From positions 82,522,001-82,586,000 of the forward strand of contig NC_042997.1 of NCBI RefSeq assembly GCF_006345805.1: DNA of 64,000 nt, given 5' to 3'. Positions 1 through 10,689 of the stretch are shown piece by piece. A program made the position numbers and the translations under genes. Position 1 is the first letter of the stretch. Every line of letters begins with the position of its first letter. The stretch is from Octopus sinensis. Taxonomy: Eukaryota. Below the pieces are notes generated by a model, which worked only from the letters and a program-made list of their open reading frames with translations, made no database searches and was not told the origin of the DNA.

Positions 1-480
1 ATGGCAGTGTCATGTAATTGGCCTGTTAAAAGCATACTTTAATCATTGGGTGATATGCTGTGCTTGTGAAAGCCTGTTGAACTAGTGAAATCATAGTCGT
101 GGCTGATGCCAGTGCCATCTGACTGGCACTGATGCCGGTGACATGTAAAAAGCACCGTTCGAGCATTGGGCTTCAATGGAGGCAGTGACAGGTGACCAAG
201 ACCTTTAGTGATATGCCATGCAGTTGTGTAGACCTGTCAAGCCATGTGAGACCATAGTTGTGGCTAATGCTGGTGTCAGGCCATTGGCACCTGTGCTGGT
301 GGCACATAAAAAACGCCCACTATACTCTTGGAGTGGTTGGCATTAGGATGGGCATCTAGCTGTAGAAACCTTGCTAAATCAAATCAGAACCTGGTGCAGC
401 CCCCACCCCCAACTTACCAGTTTTCAGTCAAACCATCCAACCCATGCCAGCATGGAAAGCGGATGTTTGATGATGATGGT
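1..480 (+). mobile_element. RTE LINE 3'-UTR/tail-derived repeat (decayed)
   Basis: Ends ...ccatccaacccatgccagcatggaaagcggatgtttgatgatgat, homologous to the 3' end of the RTE at 930-2273; followed by (TA)n. Confidence 0.75.
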
Positions 481-499
481 GTATATATATATATATATA

Positions 500-550
<51 letters not shown>

Positions 551-558
551 GTATGTAT

Positions 559-820
559 CATCATCATCATTTAGCATCCGCTTTCCATGCTAGCATGGGT
601 TGGACGGTTCAACTGGGGTCTGTGAAGCCAGAAGGCTGCATCAGGCCCAGTCTGATCTGGCAGTGTTTCTACGGCTGGATGCCCTTCCTAACACCAATCA
701 CTCCGTGAGTGTAGTGGGTGCATTTTACATGCCACCCGCACAGATGCCAGACGGAGCTGGCAAACGGCCACGGATGGATGGTGCTTTTTCCTCCCACCGG
801 CATGGGGGCCAGGCGAGGCT
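559..820 (-). mobile_element. RTE LINE 3'-tail-derived repeat
   Basis: catcatcatcatttagcatccgctttccatgctagcatgggttggacgg is the reverse complement of the RTE tail; flanked by (TA)n on both sides. Confidence 0.8.
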
Positions 821-821
821 G

Positions 822-917
<96 letters not shown>

Positions 918-929
918 ATATATATATAT

Positions 930-2269
930 GAATTCAAAACGGGATGCCCCTGGGAGCTCCTCTATGCCGATGACCTAGCTCTCATAGCAGAATCACTACC
1001 GGAACTAGAAGAGAAATTTCGGGTGTGGAAGCAAGGGTTGGAATCAAAGGGCCTTAGAATAAATGTAGCAAAGACCAAAGTATTAGTAAGCAACAAGAGG
1101 TATTCAGCACACATCCCCTCGGGTAGGTGGCCCTGCTCAACCTGTAGGAAAGGTACAGGTAGAAACTCCATAAGATGCACCCAATGTAAGTTATGGACAC
1201 ATAAGAGGTGCAGCAACATTAACGGGAAATTAACAGATAAGATAGCTTTCATGTGCGGCAGATGCACAGGGACAATAGACACAACAGACACTCAGAAAAC
1301 AGATTCCATCACACTCCAGGGAGAGAAACTAGAAGTAGTTGATAGTTTCCGCTACCTGGGTGACCAAGTTAGTAGCGGAGGTGGATGCACAGAGAGTATC
1401 ACCACTAGAATACGAATAGCCTGGGCAAAGTTCAGAAAGCTCCTACCCCTACTGGCAACAAAAGGTCTCTCCCTCAGAGCAAAAGGTAGATTGTATGATG
1501 CATGTGTGCGAACTGCCATGCTTCACGGTAATGAAACATGGGCTGTGACTGCAGAAGACATGCGTAGACTTGAAAGAAATGAAGCTAGCATGATCCGCTG
1601 GATGTGTAGTGTCAGTGTGCACGCAAAACAGAGTGTAAGTATCCTGAGAGAAATGCTGGATATAAGAAGCATCAGATGTGGTGTGCAAGAGCGACGCTTG
1701 CGATGGTATGGTCATGTGCTGCGGATGGATGAAGAGAGATGTGTGAAGAAGTGCCACTCCCAAACAGTTGAAGGTATCAGGGGGAGAGGTAGACCCAGGA
1801 AGACATGGGATGAGGTGGTCAAGCATGACCTCAGAACATTGGGCCTCACTGAGGCAATGGCGAAGGACCGAGATCTCTGGAGATATGCTGTGACTACAAA
1901 GACCCGGGCTGCTTTCTGCAGCAATTCCACATACCCCCTACCCATTCTAAGTACCCCGGATCCCCAAAGTACCCTGGATCCCCAAAGTACCCCGATCCCC
2001 AAAGTACCCCGGACCTCGTTGCCCCCGTGCCGCTGACACGTTAAAATGCTCGAACCGATCGTGACGATGCCGGACCCTCCGGCCCCTGTGCAGGTGGCAC
2101 GTAAAAAGCACCCAATCCACTCACGGAGTGGTTGGCGTTAGGAAGGGCATCCAGCCGTAGAAACTCTGCCAGATTTCAGACTGGAGCCTGGAGCGGCCCC
2201 TGGCTTCCCAGACCCGGTCGAACCGTCCAACCCGTGCTAGCGCGGAAAGCGGACGTTAAACGATGATGA

Positions 2270-2273
<4 letters not shown>
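930..2273 (+). mobile_element. 5'-truncated RTE-clade LINE (RT C-half, Cys-rich insert, 3' UTR, (GAT)n tail)
   Basis: EFKTGCPWELLYADDLALIAES, FRYLGD, LHGNETW, RLRWYGHVLRM and RGRGRPRKTW are typical RTE motifs; ~18-bp tandem (aagtaccccggatcccca) at 1949-2012; tail ggacgttaaacgatgatgatgat. Confidence 0.92.
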
Positions 2274-2300
<27 letters not shown>

Positions 2301-2302
2301 CT

Positions 2303-2604
2303 GGAGGCGCAATGGCCTAGTGGTTACGGCACCGGACTCGCGGTCGTAGGATCGCGGTTTCGATTCCCAGACGGGCGTTGTGAGTGTTTATTGAGCGAAA
2401 ACACCTAAAAGCTCCACGAGGCTCCGGCAGGGGGTGGTGATCCCTGCTGTACTCTTTCACTACTCTTTCTCTCTCTCTTTCTTCTGTTGGCCTGCTCGCT
2501 TAGCCAGCGGGGTGGCGTCATTTGAAGGCTAAAACAATGCGAACGCATTGTGACCGGCGATGTGTAAAACATCTGATGGTCTGGTCGGTCATGTGATCAT
2601 GTGA
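2303..2604 (+). mobile_element. tRNA-derived SINE (octopus OR-like)
   Basis: A box tggcctagtgg and B box ggtttcgattccc in the head, no closing acceptor stem, non-tRNA body, (TA)n flanks. Confidence 0.8.
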
Positions 2605-2620
2605 TATATATATATATACA

Positions 2621-3185
2621 CAGACATGCAGGAAGTAAATAGACATCTTTAATTTTCAAAATTTCTGATCTAAGCATCTTAATGTTTTCAGCAGTGTAGA
2701 ATTTACAATGTAATTATTGTTTTTCATTCCAGGTGCCATTATATTAAACATTTGCAAAGAGTAACCATGCCATACACAAAAAATTCAGCAGAACTGTCAG
2801 ATTTTCAAAGAGGTCGTATTGTTGGGTAGTCTGAGGGTGGTCTTAGACAGCGAAAAATTGCCGTAAATCTTCAAATTCCTCTTGCTACTGTTAATAGAAT
2901 TACAATGCAATTCAAAAGCCAAGGAAAAGAATCAACAGATTCTCGTCCCAGCCGACCTGGGCCCTTGGAAAAGAAGCTTCACTGTTTGAAGAGAACTGTG
3001 GAAAACGAACCCCGTTTGAAGTCTTCTGACATTGAAAAACTGCTAGAAGTTAGTCCATGAACATGTGCTACATATCTGCATAAGCTTGAGTATTATGGAC
3101 AAGCAACTAGAAGGAAACCTCTCCAGTTAACATCAAATAAAAGATTTTGAAAATTAAAGGTGTCTATTTACTTTCTGCATGTCTG
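2621..3185 (+). mobile_element. Internally deleted Tc1-like DNA transposon
   Basis: ~40-bp TIRs (cagacatgcaggaagtaaatagacatctttaattttcaaaat and its reverse complement at 3144-3185), TA on the right; from 2767 encodes MPYTKNSAELSDFQRGRIVG*...RRKP, a Tc1 DNA-binding N-terminus with stops and no DDE domain. Confidence 0.85.
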
Positions 3186-3899
3186 TATGTGTGTGTGTAT
3201 ATATATATATATGAATGTATGTATATATATGTGTTTGTATATTTATGAGCATATCTATATGTCTGTGTATGAGCAAGTATGTAAGTATGATAATATATAT
3301 TTAAATATATACAGAAAGTTACATTGAGGAACAGTCATTTTTAATGAGTTGTATTTATTTATCACCCGATGAGATACATCTGCACCACAAGATGCTCCTG
3401 AACCAGTTGTTGAGTGTCTCACCCAAGAGGAAGCGATGCTAGATGTGTCGAAACAATTGTCATGATTTATTGTAAATTCTCGTATATTCCATCTTCTGTC
3501 TTTTATTTGCTATATATATATAATTTAAAATTTCCAATATTTAAATTTGAGCTACTAATAGTTCCATACAGTGGAAGCATAATAATTCGGTAGATTTATA
3601 TATCATTCCCTGACTCTCCAAGCAATCTTTCAGGCTTGAATACACAACATGGCTTGTCATATTTGAGAAACCAAGAAAGGATGCTGGTCTATGAGTAAAC
3701 ACAAGAAAAATCAAAAGGAGAGTGAATACAAATGGTGGAATGAAAGAAGACAGAATGTGAAGACAAAAGATAAATAGATAATGGGGAAAAGAAAGAAAGG
3801 AAAAAAAATAATCAAGAGTTGCATCTCCTTTATAATTAACCAATGGGGAGGAGATCAAAGTCAGTGAGACAGCATGCTCAATCCAAAGAGAGTAGTATT

Positions 3900-4068
3900 C
3901 TCCTGTTCAATATCTGTGATCTGCTGACATTTATGGTGGGTCTTTATATATTAGATACACTGAGATCCAAGTTCTAATCCCATAATATTGGTCTATACTG
4001 TGACAATGGTTTGGGCTTATCTCACAACTGTGAAGGACATAAATTTGATAAATTTAGAAAAACTCTCA
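3900..4068 (+). mobile_element. Penelope-like RT fragment (decayed)
   Basis: Translates to VGLYILDTLRSKF*SHNIGLYCDNGLG...FDKFRK, matching the PLE RT core pattern VGLYIL...IGLYRDDGL. Confidence 0.6.
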
Positions 4069-4912
4069 TGACATGGGATGGAAAAAAAATGTACATTCAG
4101 TTTGCAAGAGATACAAGTGCAAAGCCAGATACAAAAGGCTGGTGGTTATGGATGTGGAGGAGTAACTTGAAGATTGAAACATGCACTTATATGTACAGCA
4201 TAAGAACAAGCATTGAGGGCAAACTATGTGAAGTGCAGAATTGATAACACAACCGAGAGCAACAAATGCAGAAAGAGTGGTGAGAGGGTTGAAAGAGTGT
4301 GACACATTGTTAATGAATACCTGAAATTGACACAACATAAACACAAAAGGTGACATGACAATGTGGCAAGAACGATCTATTGGGAGCTGTATGGAAATTA
4401 TGGTCTAGAAAGCTCAAATATGTGGTATGACCAAATCCCAGACTGAGTTAATGAAAATGAAGACTGCAAAATCCTGTGAGAGAAGCAATGATTCAGTTTG
4501 ACCACCAGATTAAACATCAGAAACCTAACATTGTTGTAGTGAAAAGAAAAGAAAAAAAACATGCCTGATGACTATCATAGCATGTTCTGGTGACAACAGC
4601 ATAGGAGAGAAAGAAGAAGAAAAGGTGAACAATTATGATGAATTAAAGTGGGAAATACACAGGTTGTGCACAACAAAGAAAGTGAACATGATAACAATAG
4701 TGACTGGTGCACTTGGAAGCATATGTACCCATCTATCAACGTGGCTCAAAAAGATTGGAATGAATGTAAAGATAGAACAACTACAAAAATCATCATTGCT
4801 TGGAACTGCAAGATTCTTCCGCAGGATTCTTGAAGTAAACAAGTGTCACCTTAGTCTGCTGGCTGTGGGCAGCTGGAGAATTTTCATTATTATTATTATT
4901 ATCATTATTATT
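4068..4912 (+). mobile_element. R4/Dong-like RLE LINE 3' fragment (decayed)
   Basis: WDGKKMYIQF...WLW, HDNVARTIYWE, EKEEEKVNNYDELKWEI...IVTGALG...LQKSSLLGTARFFRRILE (restriction-like endonuclease C-terminus); (ATT)n tail 4886-4912. Confidence 0.8.
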
Positions 4913-5137
4913 ATTTCTTTCCGAGACGATGGACGTGTGTAAAGCAGCTCCGTAAGTTTTGTGCCAATTTGATTGGTAATTTTTCTAAAAATTTCTACAT
5001 TTTTCGATATTTGTGTGGCCAAGCCGACTAACTTCTTGCGAAGCTAGTTGGCTAGGCAAAATTTTACCCCATTGGGGGTAAAATTGCGTTTTGAAATTTG
5101 AACATTTTGAAAATTATATAAATACATTTCAACAAAC

Positions 5138-6795
5138 ATGGCTATGAAGCGAGCAGTCGGCAGTTCCTTTTTCCCAACACCATACCCTCCGCAAACACAC
5201 ACATTGTCAAAAACTCTTCCAAACCACCCACTTCGCACCATAAAAGGCAACAGAGATCCTCCTTCCGACGCTGAAAGCACGTGCACTGTTCGAAAGGAGA
5301 ATGAAAACCAGGATGTCATTTTCGATGTCATTCAAGATTTCCCTCCTCTGCCCAACACCAATGCTATGGTACCGAAGGGGGAGGAAGGGAAAGCTATGAC
5401 AAACATAGACACAAACATGAACAAAAAAAAAGTGAAGAAAATTTCAACGGTTTTGCTTCCGCTGCGAAGCAGGTTTCGGATGAAGTAAAAGTCACGATAG
5501 AGGACATTAAAAACGCAAAGGAATTATTGAGGAAAGATGGCAATAGCATTTTCCTCAATACTCCACAAGAAGTGATTGATAAAACAAATAAAAAAACAAT
5601 CACATACAAAATTTTCGATAAAAAATGTAAAAAACTAACAAACGCCACACCCCAACAATTAGAAATAGCTCTAAAGCCCATTTGGGGCCAAAAGAGCTAC
5701 GTAACCAAGGGGAAGCGTTTTGGAACCGTAGAGGTTCGTTTTCGAACGGAGGAGGAAGCAAGGGCGCATGCCATTTCGCCCTTGCAAACAGAAAATTTGT
5801 TACTCGTCCCAACCCACCTTGGGCGGAGAGTAAAGAAAATAAAAATCGACCTCGTCCCCACTGAACTCGATATATCATGGCTGGTGGCAGCTGTCCTCTA
5901 TGACATAGAGGACACTACCACTGTTCTGGATGTACAGAGAGTGAGGGAAAAGAACTGGTTAGGAATGGGAGTGCTGCTCCTGGCACAGATTCAGCAAGAA
6001 AACATCAACACGATCCCAGATTCCGTTAATTTGCCGGACGGCACCAGGCTACACGTTGCTGTGGAGGGGCGAAAGCCAAAATGTTACCTCTGCAGCAGCG
6101 AAAGCCACCTAAAAAGGGACCGCCCCATTTACAAGAAAAGAATGGAGGCAAATGGCAAGAGGCAGCAGCAGCAACAACATCAACAACAACAACAACAGAA
6201 ACAACAACAGCACGAAACACCAAAGGCTGCCACACCACCAACACCATCACCACCACCAAGACGAATGACACCACCTCCAACAACAACCACCAAACCAACA
6301 CCAACCCCAGCACCAAGAAAAACAACAACTAAAAAACCAGTAGAAACACCAACACCGTCATCATCACCAATAGACACAGCAACAACACCACTACCAGCAG
6401 AACCAACAGAAATCTTTCGCCCTGCTGATGAAGCAGACCCAACAGTCATCCCCTTTCCGGATCAAGATAGCTCGGATTGTGCGAGCACTGATACCGAGAA
6501 AGGGGAATGGCACACAGCGCCTCCAAAAAAGAAAAGGAGGAAAAAACAAAAGGACACACAGGGGAAGCACGAACAAATAGTGCTTCCCAACATCAACAAC
6601 AACAACACACACTCACAGCAACAAACAACAACACTTTCAACACCACTACTGCCACTGCCACACACACCAACACACACAGACACAATTACATCAATAAACA
6701 CAAAGAATGAAAAACTAGTTGCGTACCTAAAAGACAAAACAAGTACAAATATAACACAACACACAACACACCACCAGCACACATTCTCACAATAA
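5138..6795 (+). pseudogene. Tx1 ORF1 (gag-like nucleic-acid-binding protein), frameshifted at an A9 run (5423-5431)
   Basis: Track ORFs 5138-5488 and 5527-6795 join if one A is removed (NKKSEENFNGFASAAKQ...); knuckle KCYLCSSESHLKRDRP (last Cys to Arg); polyQ, Pro/Thr-rich tract, basic PPKKKRRKK. Confidence 0.75.
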
Positions 6796-6996
6796 AAATA
6801 AACAAAACAACATATAATGAAATAAAACAAGTATTCCCTAACGATGTGGGATCGCTAGGGAAAAGTTTCTCAAAGAAACTATATAAAAATATTGTGGAAG
6901 CACCCGTGCAAAAGCACAAGGGAGCCACCTCCACCAACAACAACAGTAAGTAGAGCCTTTTTTCTCCTTTTATTTTTTTCTTTCCACCTTTGAAAC

Positions 6997-8440
6997 ATGG
7001 CAAAACTTAGAATCGGTTGCTTGAATGTGAGAGGCCTCAGGTCACCTTGGAAACAAGGTCACCTGTTAAACGACCTGAGGTTTCATGATGTGGATGTAGC
7101 AGCCATCAGTGAAACCAGGCTCTCCGACCCGCAGGAACTCGCAGCCCTTTTCGGCGGATACGAGATATTTCTATCTCCATGTCGGCCGAGAGCGGGCAGT
7201 GGTGGTACTGCGGTGTTGTTTCGGAAGGGCCTGGATTTGAAAATAAGGACAGTCTTCCTGGATCCAGAAGGTAAGTTGGTGGTCCTCGACGTAGACGGTA
7301 GTGACGGCGGTGCTTTCAGACTGCTGGCTGCCTACGCTCCGACAGGAGCAGGGCAGTCGGATTATTTCAAACGTCTGGAAGTTTTCCTGGGAACGTCACA
7401 CACTCTAGTGCTAGTTGGGGATTGGAACGCTGTCTTAGATGAACGTCCCTTGTCCCAACCGCTGGTTGGCCAAGCTGGTACGCCTGCTCTTCGACTTTTT
7501 GTGGAAGGGTCAGGTACCACTGGTCAGGCGATCCATCTGCTGTCAATGACCGCTGAATGGAGGCCTTGGAATGCCGTGTTTACTGATGCACAGACATGTG
7601 CTCAGGCTGCGACATCTCAAGTGTTTCCTAGACGGTGAACAGGTGTGGTCGTCTTTTGTCAGACACGACTTTCCGCAGCTCGTCTCTTTGACAGAGCTGC
7701 AGACCTGGATCAAACGTAGACCGAGAAAGGGCGCTTGGCACCTCGAGTGCCGTCAAGCTCTCTCCGCCCTCCGCCGGACGGGCAATGTGATCGGTTTCAG
7801 CTCCACTCTAGCGTTCTAGAGAGGGTTAGTGGAGGAAAAATGCAACGACGTTCTCAGGGAAACTCTAGGCGTTGATGATAATGAACTGAGCGGTCTGTTC
7901 GGAAGGACTTTCGGGCCGGGGCCAATGGATAATTTCCAGAGGTCGCTCACCTGGCAGTGCTACCGAGGGGCTCTGCCTGTTTGGGATAAACTCTACCAGC
8001 ACGGAAGTGCTGTCAGCCAGGCCTGCCCGAGGTGTTGCCAGGACGACGAAACCGTTTTGCACGCACTCGTCCAGTGCCCGAGTATTGCTGAACTATGGGT
8101 TTATGTCGAACAGCTACTGTCACGTGTAGGACGGATCCGGCTATCAGCCGAATCCATAGTGAAGATTGCCCCGCCGACCTCCTTTAACAAAGAGGGCGAG
8201 GCTGTTTCCTTGTGCCTAGTAGCTGTGGCGAAAGAGGTTGTATGGTGGACCCGTTTGAAAGGGCTAAAGTCAGATACTTTCCTCTTTGGTCAAGGCCTCA
8301 TCAACTTTTTCAAGTTTCACTTGAAAAGGAAGATGAGGTTAGAGAGGAGAGTGCTGTCCGATAGCAAGTTTTCTGAAAGGTGGGTGAATTGTGCGAGACT
8401 GGCCAGTATAAATGGACCAATTCTCAGGTTTCGCCTGTGA
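6997..8440 (+). pseudogene. Tx1 ORF2 remnant: APE N-half fused to the post-RT C-terminus
   Basis: LRIGCLNVRGL, ISETRL, YAP and LVGDWNAVLD, then at ~7445 an abrupt switch (other frame) to VPCPNRWLAKLVRLLFDFLWKG...GGLGMP, homologous to the post-RT part of the 26.6-28.5 kb ORF; CPRCCQDDETVLHALVQC; internal stops. Confidence 0.85.
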
Positions 8441-8712
8441 TTAAAAAGGTATTATAAAAGGAGAAAGGGGCTCTCTACCCCACTTTTCGCCAGGCTCCCG
8501 TTGGCTTTTATGGGGTTTTTTCCACCAGGAACCTTTCGAAGCGCCTCCCCCTATTGGGAGTTTTTTTCATTGTAACAATCTTTCGTTGTTAAACAGCTTT
8601 TACTCGAAATTTTTCAAAAACGGACAAAACCCTTTGTAACCTTTCGTCCTGTTTTGTCCCTTTATGTTTTCTAATCATGTATGTCAGCCCTTGTGGCCAA
8701 TAAAAAGAATAA

Positions 8713-8738
8713 ATTATTATTATTATTATTATTATTAT

Positions 8739-8800
<62 letters not shown>
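8713..8800. repeat. Compound (ATT)n-(AAT)n microsatellite (self-complementary)
   Basis: ATT units 8713-8741 run directly into AAT units 8742-8800. Confidence 0.95.
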
Positions 8801-8801
<1 letters not shown>

Positions 8802-10120
8802 GGCATCCAATTACCAGATAGCCAGACATTACAATTATTGAAAGGAGGAGAGAGTTATAAGTATCTAGGAGTATTTTAATCTGACAGAGTACTAACTATA
8901 GAAATGAAAATGAAAATTAAGGAGTACATTAGAAGGGTGAGGAAGCTAATGAAGTCAAAGCTAAATGTTCCAAATCTACTGAAGGCTGTAAATACTTGGG
9001 CAGTATCATTATTTAGATACTCAGTAGCTTTTGTAGATTGGACAAAAACTGAATTAGCAAAGCTAGACAGAAGAACTAGGAAGGAATTCAATATGAATGG
9101 AGGACTCCACCTAAGATCAGGAGTAGCAAGAATATACTCACCTAGACAGGAAGGTGGAAGCGGGTTAATATCAGTAGAACACTGCATGGAGTTAGCTAGA
9201 GTAGATATAAACTCCTACATAGGTAACAGTGAAGAAAGTTTATTAAAAGCTGCTAGCCACAGCAAGCCAGGGAACCCAAAAACCCAAAGTTGAAAACCAA
9301 AAAATAGAACATAAATTATCCGACTGGTAGAAGAAGGCGTTGCATGGTAGATTCCTCAAGACAGTTGCAGCAAATAATAGTAGTGAGACATGGTTATGGT
9401 TGCAGAAAGGCAAGCTGAAAAAGGAGACAGAAAGTTTGTTAGTAGCTGCACAAGATCAAGCATTAATGGACAAAAGCCAAGATAGACAAAAACCAAGTAT
9501 ATTCCCAATGTAGATAATGCAAATCAAAAGAGGAAAGCTTTACTTATATAGTAAGTGAATGTAGTATGTTGGCACAGAAAGAATATAAGAAAACACATGA
9601 CAACCTAGGGAGAATAATCTACAAGGAGTCATGTAGAAAGCTAGAATTTGAACATATTGATAAATGATATGAACATGAACCTAGTAAAGTACTAGAAAGT
9701 AAGAAATACAAGATGTGGGACTTTAACATTCAGACTGACAGAGTAATAGAAGCTGGACGGTCTAATTTAGTAGTAGATAAAGAGAATAGAAAATGCCAGA
9801 TAACTGACTTTACAGTTGCAAATGATGAAAAAATCAACATGAGAGGTATAGAAAAAATAGCAAAGTACAGGACCTAGACATTGAATTACAATGGAAAGTG
9901 CAGGTAAAATGTATCCCAATAATTACAGGTGCATTGGGAACTATCCCTAAAGATTTGAATAAATGGATAGAGGAAATAGGCATACAACCCAGTTTAGTAC
10001 AGCTCCAGAAAACAGTGTTGTTCAGAAGGTTCTTGGCATCTAGGGTTACCTGTAGCCCGATGTTAGGATTTTTTTTCTTTTCCAACAGTCTAATCTGTTG
10101 AGTGTATATGAAAAAATAAT
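8801..10120 (+). mobile_element. 5'-truncated R4/Dong-like RLE LINE
   Basis: ESYKYLG, AVNTWAVSLFRYS, LDRRTRK, PRQEGGSGL, ETESLLVAAQDQAL, IVSECSMLAQKEYK, CIPIITGALGTIPKDL; preceded by (AAT)n and followed by aataataa, consistent with TAA-repeat targeting. Confidence 0.85.
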
Positions 10121-10122
10121 AA

Positions 10123-10680
10123 ATGCCCTGATGCTGTACCAGGTGGTGGCTCTCATGGCTTCTCATCTTAACTGATTGGAAGTGTTATCATGTACATGTT
10201 TTGTCTTGGTGTAAAAGATGGATTACAGCAAATATTCTGCTCAATACTACGGATTTGCTTGTCAGTTGTTTGACCTTAACCAGTTAAGCATGTCCCTCTG
10301 TAGCTGATGATATGACATCTCTGATCATGAGCAGGTGTAGGTGGGGAGCATCATAGCCATGTGTTGAGAAGAATTCTTTGGGGTTTGAATAATTAACCTC
10401 TGGAAACATGGGTGTTTCGTTCAACATCCTTAAACAAACCTTATTCAGGGATCTTTTGAGCAAGATGGGCTACTCAATCTGAAGAAAATTCTAACTGGGT
10501 CACCTGTAAGGTCATGCACTGTTTATCTTTATATAAGATCACCATACATATGGTTGTAATACATGTGCCTTGTACACCCTTATCAGACAGGTAGTCATAA
10601 TGAATATACTGGGCTTCATATGTTTTACCCCAGTGTCACTTTGATAGCATGCATTGCTCTTTCACTCAATGATAATAATA
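10123..10680 (+). mobile_element. Interspersed repeat resembling a LINE 3' UTR with an (AAT) tail
   Basis: Non-coding, GC-richer than its flanks, ends ctttcactcaatgataataat; recognised as a common octopus repeat from memory only. Confidence 0.45.
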
Positions 10681-10689
10681 AACTAAATT

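Larger units (their letters stand above)
4913..8712 (+). mobile_element. Tx1/L1-clade LINE with both ends but a large internal deletion of ORF2
   Basis: 5' UTR, ORF1 with zinc knuckle, inter-ORF spacer, ORF2 APE start, C-terminal CCHC, 3' UTR ending aataaaaagaataaa; (ATT)n on both flanks. Confidence 0.88.

Noticed and set aside
328-937. Short ORFs rich in YI/IY, and the N-terminal ~110 aa of the 478-aa ORF at 600-2036
   Set aside because: Translations of (TA)n microsatellite and antisense RTE UTR; only 930 onward is RT-homologous.
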